Part shown: positions 52,701 through 63,180 of the stretch, one piece after another
How positions within the stretch are numbered: position 1 is the first letter of the stretch
Layout: every line of letters begins with the position of its first letter
Source: Perna viridis
Taxonomy: Eukaryota
Assembly: GCA_037379345.1 (NCBI GenBank)
Contig: CM074524.1
Coordinates: 6,855,635 to 6,919,634 of the forward strand
Length of the DNA stretch: 64,000 nt
Direction of reading: 5' to 3'
Made by a program: the position numbers and the translations under genes
Notes under the pieces: model-generated
The model's database searches: none
Told to the model about the DNA's origin: nothing
What the model saw: only the letters and a program-made list of their open reading frames with translations

Positions 52701-54973
52701 AATCCAAATGCAAAATTTTTCATGATCAACACAGAAATAAAACTCTGATAGATCTTGAACCATCAGATATAAACAAATACATCATCAACTCAGCCGAAAG
52801 ATGGTGATTAGTATTTAATCATCATTGGTTCACATTACTATGAAGTAGAGACTGAATAATAATAAGACCCAGGGCTTGACATTAAAATTTTAACCAACTT
52901 GTGCCTTTGGGCAAGTGCATGACAGATTTGATATTTTTTTGGGGAGAGTTTTATGTTTAAAGTAATAATATTTTTTAGTATTATTAATTTTTTCATTGAA
53001 AAAATATGCTTTTAAGCTTTATTATAGCCAAAATTTACTTCGAATGTCACCGTCAAACTCTCAACAGAGATCGAAATGGAAATGCTATCTGATTGGTTCT
53101 TTTTCATAGCGGAGCTTTCCGATTGGTAGTTTTTTTATATAACACATGTACCTGTGAAATGGGAAAACCAGATTAAATTGAAAATAGCAGTGCAAGTTGC
53201 CAAAGATTCCCGAAGAATAAATCGTTTATAAAAAGAAATTTTCTGAAGATATTTCGAGATAAATATCATTTCTTAAAACTTTTTAAGTTCAAACACCTGG
53301 ATTTTTTTTACTTTCCTGATTGGGCTAGCACTGAATGACTTTCACCTGTCTGAACGGAATTTTCACTTGACCCAGGCAGTCAGACAACCGTTATTGTCAA
53401 GCACTGAGACCATGACAAATATTTCACGCATTTGAGGATGAGAACAGTTCAGTAATCTTATAGACCAGTGTTACGGACCATGCTTTGTATCAGACTAGCC
53501 TAATCAAAGATATGAATACAGCGCTTAGATCAAATGGTAAAAAGAGATAATATATGACCTGATATTACCATGTATATGAAAATAAAATGGCAGTAATTGA
53601 GGAATTTCATAACTTCATTTGAAGATTTTAGATAACAATACCTACCTTCTGAGCCCCAAGCAAAGTTGCCTTGATCCAGTCGTAGAGCTCTATATTTCTT
53701 GTTACCACCCATGGTTCTCACTGTGTGAATTCTCTGAGGTCCCAACTACAATAAATAAAAGTTTACCACTACATTCCTAAGACACCAAGTAATAGTGTAA
53801 TAGTGTGTGCAACGTAATCCTGCACTTAAAATTTATGTCACACAATTTAACAGGTCGGGAACAACCCCTGAAATAAGGGTAACTGACAAATCGATTATCC
53901 ATTCTGATTTTGAGTACCTCTCATATGGCGACTATTTACCAATGCAATAATTTCAGGGGTTATTCCTAATCTGTTTGTTAGTTTATGTATCTTACATATT
54001 TGGTTTAAGGTTCCCCATATTAATGCACTAACTTTTTTCCTACTCCTTACTTTTTCAGTGTTATGGAGCAATGCACTCAAATTTCTGAAGATTTCCATAC
54101 ACAGGGCTGTAACAAAATACAAAATTTGAACCATCAGATATAAAAATAATACATCATCAATTCAGCCGAAAGATGGTGATTTGTATTTAATCATCATCAG
54201 TTCAAATTATATTTTGCAAGCCAGAAACATAAACAAGACAATGAGTTTTGTGCATAGAAATAAATATATTTGCCATCAATTCACGAAATAAAAGTAACTG
54301 AATATGTTGTGCTTAAATAACGAATGCCGAAATTCTAAAACTGTACTTTTGTGTTGGCAGCAGGTCTTCCCAACTCAAACTTTCTCTTCTTTCTCATCTG
54401 GGTCATACGCCCACCAGTCTTCCTCCTCTTGTGCCATTTATCTCGTGAGATACCTGCAAGAATATTCACATATTAAGAATCAAAAGACTTTAGGTCAGAA
54501 TTTTACAGTTAAGGCTTTTAAAAATCTATATGTCAAAATGAACAAATACTTTTCCCTAAAATACAAGCAATATTCAAAAATTCAGAATATTGCGAATTAC
54601 TGTCTGTAAGTGTAAACAGACTTGTGAAAATCGATTTCAATTCGACAATACACAATTGTCAAAATCTGAACATCGCAATATCGCTTGCCAATTAACACGA
54701 GTGTTACGGATATGCTAGCGCTGTTGACAATTTTATAATCGCGTTTCATTAAGAAAGAGGTCTATGTTTGTAAATGCATCATGTTGATTGGTAATGTATA
54801 TGCGGTACTTTAAGTGTTTTCAAGCTTATCCTTTGGCAAACCGTACTAAAAGACCTTTAATACGGTACGATGGAAATAAATTAAACTTAATGTATATCAA
54901 AATCTTATTTCAGTTGCCAAACTGATATGATGATGAAGGATTTTATTTTGAGAAAATTTCATATCGTACCCAT
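42441..54973 (-). CDS. RPS8: 40S ribosomal protein S8 (eS8), complete, 6 exons, 210 aa
   Basis: Exons 54970-54973, 54347-54453, 53646-53745, 49175-49350, 45301-45436, 42441-42550 give [16 protein letters not shown]...[11 protein letters not shown]...[16 protein letters not shown]...[17 protein letters not shown]...[22 protein letters not shown]...KKGK*. Confidence 0.97.
42900..42977 (-). ncRNA. Box C/D snoRNA, SNORD29/snR71-like, copy A1 (RPS8 intron 5)
   Basis: C box ATGATGT, guide TAATCCCAGCTCGC + D' TCGA, C' GTGATGA, D CTGA, stem AGTTAC/GTAACT; guide complementary to 28S GUGAGCUGGG. Confidence 0.82.
43556..43633 (-). ncRNA. Box C/D snoRNA, SNORD29-like, copy A2 (intron 5)
   Basis: Near-identical to A1; stem TGTTAC/GTAACA. 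Confidence 0.82.
44088..44192 (-). ncRNA. SNORD46: Box C/D snoRNA, SNORD46 (U46/U40, snR63)-like, copy C1 (intron 5)
   Basis: C box ATGATGA; 3' end TTGTCATAGTTACACTGA as in human U46; complementary to 28S helix 69 GUAACUAUGAC; central hairpin. Confidence 0.85.
44967..45086 (-). ncRNA. SNORD46: Box C/D snoRNA, SNORD46-like, copy C2 (intron 5)
   Basis: GTGATGA ... TTGTCATAGTTACC-CTGA; 11-bp external stem TTTAAGCATCA/TGATGCTTAAA. Confidence 0.85.
45301..45436 (-). CDS. RPS8: RPS8 exon 5
   Basis: [45 protein letters not shown]. Confidence 0.94.
46072..46144 (-). ncRNA. Box C/D snoRNA, SNORD51 (U51, snR39/snR59)-like, copy B1 (intron 4)
   Basis: ATGATGA ... ATCACCATCTTTCGG-CTGA (D') ... TGATGC ... 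CTGA; guide complementary to 28S CCGAAAGAUGGUGA. Confidence 0.85.
46455..47150 (+). mobile_element. Helentron/pearl-like element with satellite-related core (RPS8 intron 4)
   Basis: Ends match 6247-6555; core AATATCTGCAAGCGTT related to the 2948-3992 units. Confidence 0.65.
47314..47386 (-). ncRNA. Box C/D snoRNA, SNORD51-like, copy B2 (intron 4)
   Basis: Same layout; stem GTACC/GGTAC; one distal guide substitution (CAGCATC). Confidence 0.8.
48090..48164 (-). ncRNA. Box C/D snoRNA, SNORD51-like, copy B3 (intron 4)
   Basis: GTGATGA...TCACCATCTTTCGA-CTGA...CTGA; stem AGTACC/GGTACT. Confidence 0.82.
48213..48430. mobile_element. MITE with 15-bp TIR CAGTGTTCTAGGATT
   Basis: Perfect inverted termini; flanks AACTC/AACAC look like a degenerate 5-bp TSD. 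Confidence 0.65.
49175..49350 (-). CDS. RPS8: RPS8 exon 4
   Basis: [46 protein letters not shown]. Confidence 0.96.
49606..49677 (-). ncRNA. Box C/D snoRNA, SNORD29-like, copy A3 (intron 3)
   Basis: ATGATGT...TAATCCCAGCTCGCT-TTGA...TTGAAGA...CTGA; stem TCAC/GTGA. Confidence 0.8.
50231..50314 (-). ncRNA. Box C/D snoRNA, SNORD29-like, copy A4 (intron 3)
   Basis: A1/A2 subtype; 9-bp stem with one non-Watson-Crick position. Confidence 0.82.
51993..52068 (-). ncRNA. Box C/D snoRNA, SNORD29-like, copy A5 (intron 3)
   Basis: A3 subtype; stem AGTCAC/GTGACT. Confidence 0.82.
52756..52832 (-). ncRNA. Box C/D snoRNA, SNORD51-like, copy B4 (intron 3)
   Basis: ATGATGA...ATCACCATCTTTCGG-CTGA...TGATGA...CTGA; stem TGAACCA/TGGTTCA. 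Confidence 0.85.
52870..53406. mobile_element. Non-autonomous DNA transposon, TIR CAG(G/T)GCTTGACA, 5-bp TSD AGACC
   Basis: TIRs at 52870-52881 and 53395-53406; AGACC at 52865-52869 and 53407-53411. Confidence 0.72.
53646..53745 (-). CDS. RPS8: RPS8 exon 3
   Basis: [33 protein letters not shown]. Confidence 0.96.
54123..54208 (-). ncRNA. Box C/D snoRNA, SNORD51-like, copy B5 (intron 2)
   Basis: Same guide and boxes; external stem AATTTGAAC/GTTCAAATT. Confidence 0.85.
54347..54453 (-). CDS. RPS8: RPS8 exon 2
   Basis: [35 protein letters not shown]. Confidence 0.96.
54970..54973 (-). CDS. RPS8: RPS8 exon 1 CDS (ATGG)
   Basis: ATG G|gtacga downstream of a pyrimidine-rich start; phase fits exon 2. 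Confidence 0.85.
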
Positions 54974-54979
54974 GATGAT

Positions 54980-55010
54980 GGAGAAACGGAAAAGACCTAA
55001 TACCGGAAGT
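54980..55010 (-). promoter_or_regulatory. RPS8 TCT initiator / 5'TOP tract with adjacent ETS(GABP)-type site
   Basis: Minus strand TCTTTTCCGTTTCTCC about 20 nt upstream of ATG (predicted start at C 54994); CCGGAAGT at 55003-55010 and again at 55260-55267; typical of animal ribosomal protein promoters. Confidence 0.75.
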
Positions 55011-56634
55011 GCATAAAATACGTTTGGTTCTGGTGAAGGATATGATCCGATTCCGCAAAATGAGGGCTACAGGCTAAAAACCACTAATTCCACTTCCCAT
55101 AGGCTTCTATGCTAATTTCACAATATTCAATGGCTTCTCTGGACTTTACCTTAACTTTAACCTGCAGATGACTATATATCAGCATGATTCTACATATGTC
55201 AGCTCACAATCCTCAGAATGGCATATGGGGTTAGCAGACTTGCAGTGCAGTACTGGTCACCGGAAGTGAAGGGTCTATAAATAGCATGGGAAATCCTAGT
55301 GTTTTCACAAGATAGGGGTATATTTAAAAATCATTATGGAGATTAGGCTTCACATCACAAGAAGCAAAATGCACCTATAAAATGTACAGAAATGTTTTTC
55401 CTTTCAGAAACTGTTTAAATTTTTTAAATAAGATGAGAACTTTTTTCACAGCACTATGAGGAACAGGGGTAATTTTTGCGTAGGACTATTTTTGCGTACG
55501 TTCCGAATGCTCATTGGTTGAATTGGTGGTCTGTAACCTACAGACCTGTTCTCCTTACATAGATCGTACGCGATATTATTAGACTATTGTTTTCTTTGCT
55601 TTACAATCAGTTCCACTTTCAATAACGTTATTCTCAAACTCTCGGAGTACTCCTATAAAACATAAAACATGTCATTTTTCGGCTTATAAAAAAACTATAT
55701 TTTCGTTTCTCGGGGATATCATCAGTGAATAGGAAAAAAACAAGGTGTTGAATCCAGAAACAGTTAAGCGATCTAAATGATTGCGTCACAGTCACGCTGC
55801 GACTAACATGAGCACGCAACCATAGACTTGTTTATATAATTATAGGTCTGTGACATAACCTAGACCGCACTTTGGACTTTCGTTGTATCTTATTTTGTTA
55901 TGGCTTGACATAGATATGTAAACATCTGCACATGACGATATATCAAAATGCGACAAATTCAAAGACATCAAATGTATAGGCTTTATAAATGCACAGAGAA
56001 AATGAATTGACCCACGATTGTTTGAGGTTTTGCTGTTTGTTGTTTTTTTTTCGGGTTTTGGCTTTGGTTTTGTGCTTTCACATTGTGTTTGTTTTCGTCT
56101 TGCCTTGTTTTGTTGATGTTGTTTTAGGGGTTCAAAAGGGGACGTTTAGCCATCGCTTGATAGAAAAACTAGAAGTCAGGATTTTTTTTTTTTTTTGTTT
56201 TTCTCTTTTATTAATGCATCCTTAATTGTTTTACTAATTTCCTTTTCTATTTATCATTTCATGTTTCCATCTGGGGTTTATTTAAATGTTAATGATGGGA
56301 TGTTGACTTAACATATCTTAGCAATATATAACTGTTTCTTAAATCTTAATAAATCTTTTGTAGATAAAATACTTAATGTTTTGATATTATGAATTGAGTA
56401 CAGTATTCAAAGAACCAACATAAGTCGATCACCAATACAAAAACAAAAAAATAAATAATTATAATGATTTATCTAGTGTCGAATCTGATCAAGGGGATAT
56501 ATCGTTAGAAAATTTGTTAATTTCGTACGAAATTTTGACAATAATGAGCAAATAATAGTCGGAACCCCATTTTCAAAATCTGTGGACCCTGCTCTGATTT
56601 ATCAGTGGTTTATATACAAATATGTTTAATACCC

Positions 56635-57010
56635 AACAATGCATTTTTCGACTGTGGAGGGCTTGTATTGGTATTCAAGGTCGTTAAAAACCCCCATGCA
56701 ATCAATCATCACCACAATCCACTTTCGACCGTAAGAGGCCCGTTTTGGTATTCAAGGTCGTTAAAACCCCTAATCAGTCATCATCACAATGCATTTTCGA
56801 CCGTGGAAGGCCCGTTTTCGTATTCAAGGTCGTTAAAACCCCTAATCAGTCATCATCACAATGCATTTTCGGCCGTAAGGGGCCTGTATTGGTATTCAAG
56901 GTCGTTAAAACCCCCAATCAGTCATGATTACAATGCATTTTCGGCCGTAAGAGGCCTGTATTGGTATTCAAGGTCGTTGAAAACCCCAATCAATCATCAT
57001 CACAGTGCAC
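56635..57010. repeat. 72-bp minisatellite x5
   Basis: TATTCAAGGTCGTT at 56672, 56749, 56821, 56893, 56965. Confidence 0.9.
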
Positions 57011-57384
57011 TTTTGCACTACCCCGGGAGGGAATTGCGGGAGATTATTTAACTTTCAGTTGTCACTGAGCTTTTATATTGTTTGCTTTTGTTTAGGGTTA
57101 ATGACGCAATTTTCTCCTCGACTTGTTTTATGTGTAGGAATACCTGCAATCAAACGTGAAACTTGAAATCTAATCGAGACAACATTTCCAAAATATTTGA
57201 AAAAAACCTCTTTTTAATTTTGATCATCAGACATTCGCTACACATAATTTGACATATTGTTACTTAAAATAAACAAAGTCCAGCCATTTACAAATTGTTC
57301 TCTGTAGAAAAAAAATTAGAATGTCAAATAGAATGACAGTTTCGTCTATTTTTCAATTCATACCCCTTTTCGTGTTAAAGAGTA

Positions 57385-57815
57385 TAATCAAGGGAACCAA
57401 CTTCTAGCAAAAATCAAGAATGTAATCAGAGGACAGAGACTAGACATGGCAAACCGATACACACAACAAAGAACATAAAGCAACAAAAGTAAATTTCAAA
57501 TCGGACTCCACTAAAAACTCGGAGCATGGACCAGATGCGCCGGTAGGATAAGCGTCCCCTGCTTTTCTGTAGAAACACCCACCGAGCTGTTCATGTGCAG
57601 ATGGATACAAGTGCGCCCTCACGATCTGCGAGTTCATGATGATGACCATAAATCTTCTATAGTGATGACTTCAATCTTTTAGAAACATATCTCTGTTCCA
57701 AACCTAATTGTAAGAAGTCTAGCACGATACAAAAAGTCTGCATAGTTACGGCAATTTCGATCTGGCATAACCATAACGTATGAGTTATGATATGAGAACT
57801 CCATACGCAGGTGCT
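57385..57815 (-). mobile_element. Diverged Penelope-like retroelement 3' fragment
   Basis: Reverse-complement similarity to 62690-63150, including the RT C-terminal coding part. Confidence 0.6.
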
Positions 57816-58593
57816 AAAGTGATGTTGTTACAAACGAAAGGAAGTAGACAATACGGAATGAAAAGTCATCGTTCGTGTCGTTTAGTTTGGTCATTAGTTT
57901 TCCTTCACCATCGATCTCCAAGTGTAGGTCAATATATGAGACTGACTTCTTTATCTCAAGTTCTTTGGGGTGGATGCGATGTATGAAATCGCTGAAACTA
58001 GAATTGTTAACGGTAATACGCCATCTATATAGCAGAAATTGAGATCAATGGATCTGACTAAACGATGTTCCTTTCTTGGAATAGATTACCTACAAAGTCA
58101 ACCTCAAAAGAGTGAAAGAATAGTTCAACGAGTAAAGAAACACTTTTCCCATCGGAATGCCGACCGTTTGTCAATAGACATGACACGTACAATAAGAAAA
58201 TTCTGAAAATGGACGAAACTTGTTAAGAATATAATTCATGACTTAGACAGCCATATCTATTTGCAATGGACATTTCAATGACATATAACTTAATTTTCGA
58301 ACATTTTCATGAAAACTTTCCTAATCATACACATCAACTGATGCAGATATCAAATCAATAAAGAAGATTTGGAATTATGAATGGTGGGTTTTTGACATGC
58401 ATTTTCATATATTTTGTCATTTCGCCTAATTCTTCTAAAGACGCGTACTTAATTTGATCATGGACGTATAATACATCCACGATTTGATAAGAACCTGGTC
58501 GAGAAAAATATATAATACAAAGGTCAAGAATAAGAGAAATACTTCTTTGACAACAAAACCTTCGTTATAGTATGATCAAACTACCCAGCTTCT

Positions 58594-58794
58594 GGTAGAC
58601 CTAGGGTAAGGAACATTACTCTTGAAATCAATGATATATTTGTATCATATTCATTTTCAACAAAGCCTATCAAGCTTTCATTTGAACCAAATTGAAATTA
58701 GTTACTTTGATGCTTACATGAATTGGGTGTAAAATGCTGAATACAAACGTTCCAATGATTTGTAAGAGTTGTGTCCCTTATCCATGGTCTACCT
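58594..58794. mobile_element. Copy of the 13371-13588 MITE
   Basis: Shared AATGCTGAATACAAA..TTCCAATGATTTGTAAGAGTTGTGTCCCTTA; inverted ends GGTAGACC/GGTCTACC. Confidence 0.6.
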
Positions 58795-60284
58795 CATTAA
58801 TTGAGAATTTGTTCAAATGTGAAGAGTTCTGTGGTAAAAAGTTTAGTTACAGAATGATTTAAGAGACTTTCTAATCGATGATTTTTTTTAAGAAACCAGA
58901 TTGATTACACAGCAGTGAACTTCACAGTGAAAAAATTCCTAAAATTTGTAATGCCACAAAAACCTTAACATCATCAGTGGAGTTACCGTTGATTCGAAGT
59001 AACGGATATTCTATGACTATCTAGTTATTTTAAACCTTTGTGGTCACCGTCGTGGTCCCCAGATCAGGTATGAACTAAGGGCCAAGATTGTGTATATTTG
59101 TGTATATTAAGTAAACAAAGAAATCGAAACCAACAAAGTTTATCCCCCCCCTCAAAAAAATGTGCGTATTTAGGCGGCAGTTAGTTAAGCAATAAATAAC
59201 GAAAACTCCATTTTATCATTGTTTTACCACGGGCTGGTCATTTATAACGTTATTCAATCCCGAGCGACAAAACGGAGTTTCCGTGATTTATTTCGATTTT
59301 AATAGGACAAGTTTCTTTTGAATAGATTCAACCTTTGTGTTGGTCATGTGTTTATCACTTTTTTTTTTACCATGGCTCAGGTCTAAAGAGCTTTGAAGCA
59401 TGTCATATTAGAATGTTTACACCCCATAATCATGCTAATTGTTGGTCAACAACCTTGTTCTTAACTTTCCTTGTCGCTTCAGATAAACAGTACAACCTTG
59501 CACCTGTAATCTGTAACCTTATTTTACTCGAGTGTCCGATGTATGTCAGACACGAATAAAAGATTATTCTGAACCATAGCCCAAAACACCTAAACCTGGT
59601 TAAATTACTATTCTTCTTCTCAACATATAGACAACCAAAGCACGAAACTGCGACCACCACACATTCAAACCTACACATTTAGCCTTTCATTGGTTCGGGA
59701 TAGTGACAGTGACGGATCTTAGTGGCGGATCGGGGGAAGGGGGGGGTCGGTTTGCACCCCTCCTTTTTATTGGAAAATTTGTATTTTTCATGTGTAAAAT
59801 TGACAAAAAATGTAAATAATGTTATCCCCCCTTTTTTATGAGGTACCCCTGGATCTACACATTTTGAAAGGGGAACCAACTTCCATGACGGGAGGGGCGC
59901 TATGGTATTACATATTTATATTTATAAAAAAATGTTTTGTGCCTTTTATACACACATATATGGCAATATAATTTTTGTAATTGTTTTTTTTTTTATTTGC
60001 CTTTTGATCATGGGCAATGCAAGACAACGATAGGATAAACCACGTTCCCCTCAATAATAATGCTATATTTCTCTTGAAATATACAAAAGGATTATACACA
60101 ATATTTTGATATATAATATATATATCGTAGTTTTGTCCTCGTTTTAATCGTTACATAATTATATGCAATTTTATGTTCACAATGTATACATATGTAGACC
60201 AAACCTAAAGTGTTGCTTCTACAATCCAACTTCTACAACCATATACTTTTATATTTTGTCTCAATGATGTACCATCATAAGGTG

Positions 60285-60870
60285 TTTTCCTCGTTTGTTT
60301 ACCCCGGACTTGACTTTTTATGAGCAACTCGGCGGGTGTTTCTAGAAAAGCAGAGGACGCTTACCCTACCGGTGCACCTGGTCCATGCTCCCAGTTTTAG
60401 TGGAGTCCGAGTTGCTCATTTACTTTTGTTACTTTGTATGTATGAATTTAGTTACTTCATGTTCTTTGTTGTGTATGTCTGTTTTCCATGTCTGGTCTTT
60501 GTCCCTGGAGTACATTCTTTTGATTACCGCTATAACCTTGGTTCCCTTGATTACTCTTTTTCATATTTCGAGATCCATTATTAACAAGTTGCATCGAAAC
60601 CCGTCTAAACCGAACCTTTCTGGTCTATTCAAATACATTCAAAGAGCAACTCTGAGGGTGTTTTCGAAAAGCAGAGGACGCTTACCCTCCCGGTGCACGT
60701 GGTTCTTGCTCCCAGCTTTTAGTGGATTCCGGGTTGCTCATCTATTTTTGTATCTATTTTTTTTTTATTTTGGTTATTTCATGATAATTTTATGTGTGTA
60801 TACTTTTCTTGAAATCGTTTCAATTTAATTATGTTCTGTTTGATTACCGTTTGAATCCTGGTTGATTTGA
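60285..60870 (+). mobile_element. Two tandem 3'-UTR fragments of the same retroelement family
   Basis: Copies start near 60285 and 60643. Confidence 0.6.
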
Positions 60871-61674
60871 TTTCCGTTTCCCTCTCAAACCAACATGACG
60901 AAAAGATTAATTGAACTAGTAGAAATGATATGTTAAGGCACTGGCCTTTTTATCCTGATGGGCCGGGGGTGCCTGAAATTTGAGGTCGGATGAGAATTTA
61001 TGTTGGTTTTTTTTATAACATTTTTATTCATATTTTAGCAACAACCGAAATTTGATTGGAAAATTTGCATTGTTTCGTAATTGTCAAATTGTACAATAAG
61101 TGAATTTTCAATGGAGTAGTACACAATTTTTCTCCAAGATTTTAAACATTTTTTTCTCAAAAAGATACAAGCCACCATCTCGGTAATAAAATGGTCGGCG
61201 CCTAAAAGTACGATAATAGTGCAAGTTTAAGGCGATAGCATTTTATCTGTTCAAAAAGTGGACCAATATACTTTTCTGCAGACCCAAAAGGTCAGGTATA
61301 AAAGGAAGGTTGCAATACTGTCACGCAGTTATTACTCACAACTAGTTATCCAAACGTTCAAAATGGTCAGCCTTAGTTTCGTACTCGTAGTTGTAGTAGC
61401 CATCGGTAAGAGTCTTGACTTTGTTCATTATTTTTTTTGGTCTTGATTTTTTTTATTGTTTAACATTTTATGTCATGATAATTGGAGTTTCTTTGTTATA
61501 ATTTAGTCTTACCAAGATCTTGATATTTTCGCTTTACCAGGTATTTAATAAGTTTAAGTGGGGTTTGTAATTGTCATTTGTCATTGTCCCCCTTAATTTT
61601 ATCTTTTTTATTCTCTTTTACTGTTGTAAAATATTCCATAGTTTAGATTATGTAATACAAAAAATACCAATATA

Positions 61675-61718
61675 TTGATGTACAAGTGTTTCAAGGAGCA
61701 AACTTTCATCAGCTGCAT
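61675..61718 (-). ncRNA. Degenerate minimal hammerhead motif, same family
   Basis: ATGCAG-CTGATGA-AAG-TTTGCTC-CTT-GAAAC-ACTT-GTA-CATCAA; upstream flank also resembles that of 63943-63986. Confidence 0.5.
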
Positions 61719-62119
61719 TAATTACAATTAAATATATAGGAAAAAAAGTCAAAAACTAATTGCATATATAAGAAGTACTAAAACACAAAACTATCAAAAT
61801 AGGAAGCCAAACCTATCACCGATAGGTTCTACCATGTGAAATACAAAGAATAAAGCCTCGGTGTTCTAGATATTTTAAAATTTGTACTGCAAATTTTGAT
61901 AAATATGATAAAAAATCAATGAAAAAATAATATAATTCGGGGTCAGACAAGTCTGATTACTTTATCGCTGAATACCCTCGGGAACTTTATGTACACCAGC
62001 AGTGGCATCGACCCATTTATTTATTGAATATAAAACATATCAATCCTATATTGCAAGTTTCGATATGCGTTGTCCCCATTTTTGTTCGGATTTATCATTT
62101 TTAGAATACCGTTATAGAA

Positions 62120-62452
62120 TGAAAGGGACAGTTAGAAAGAATGTACTCCAGGGACAAAGACCAGGCATGGAAAACAGACACACACAACAAAGAACATAAA
62201 GTAACTAAAATCATACAAAGTAACAAAAGTAAATGAGAAACTCGGACTCCACTAAAAACTGGGAGCATGGACCAGGTGCACCGGTAAGGTAAGCGTCCTC
62301 TGCTTTTCTAGAAACACCCGCCGAATTGCTCATAAAAAGTCGAGTCCGGGATAGACAAACGAGGAAAGGTAAACTATGACCCGTTGAATAAATCAGTTTT
62401 CATGGTGCTGATGGATACATCATAACGATCCACGAGTTAATGATGACGACCA
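62120..62452 (-). mobile_element. Inverted 3' fragment of the Penelope-like family
   Basis: Reverse complement of 62869-63180. Confidence 0.65.
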
Positions 62453-62685
62453 AAATACGACGAAAAATACAATTCTTTATTTAGTAAAATATTTTGAGAA
62501 AGCTTCTATGTATGATAAGAGCTGTTTAACGGATAATCAATGACGTATTTTGAATTGGTATTCTATAATCGCTTAACATATTTTGATCATTTTCTTAAAC
62601 GATACAATGATTAACTAAACAAATTCTTAGCAATACTCACTAATTTGATGCCCCCACTCCCTCATTTGCTAACATGCAATTTCTC

Positions 62686-63180
62686 CCTTCGGCCCCTGCG
62701 TATGGTGTGTTCATATCATAACTCATACGTTATGCCAGAGCTTGCCGAAACTACGCAGACTTTTTGTATCGCGCTAGAACTCTAACAAATAGGCTTCTGG
62801 AACAGGGTTATGTTGCTACAAGATTGAAGTCATCACTACAGAAGTTTTATGGTCGTCATCATGAACTCGTGGATCGTTATGGTGTATCCATCAGCACCAT
62901 GAAAACTGATTTATTCAACGGGTCATAGTTTTCCTTTCCTCGTTAGTCTACCCCGGACTTGACTTTTTATGAGCAACTCAGCGGGTGTTTCTAGAAAAGC
63001 AGAGGACGCTTACCCTACCGGTGCACCTGGTCCATGCTCCCAGTTTTTAGTGGAGTCCGAGTTGCTCATTTATTTTTGTTACTACTTTGTATGTATGATT
63101 TTAGTTACTTTATGTTTTTTGTTGTGTATGTCTGTTTTCCATGTCTGGTCTTTGTCCCTGGATTACATTCTTTTGATTAA
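62686..63180 (+). mobile_element. 5'-truncated retroelement (probably Penelope-like): RT C-terminus plus 3' UTR
   Basis: 62686-62928 translates PSAPAYGVFIS*LIRYARACRNYADFLYRARTLTNRLLEQGY...LQKFYGRHHELVDRY...NGS*, with one premature stop; class assigned from recalled motif. Confidence 0.6.

Noticed and set aside
54454-54969. Expected SNORD55/SNORD38 homologues in RPS8 introns
   Set aside because: No matching guide sequences found by eye; H/ACA snoRNAs could not be assessed without computation
55400-55900. Possible divergent gene start upstream of RPS8
   Set aside because: Mild CpG enrichment only; no plus-strand exon chain identified
56605-57051. 148-aa repetitive His-rich ORF
   Set aside because: By-product of a 72-bp minisatellite whose period is divisible by three; no true ATG start or recognisable domain
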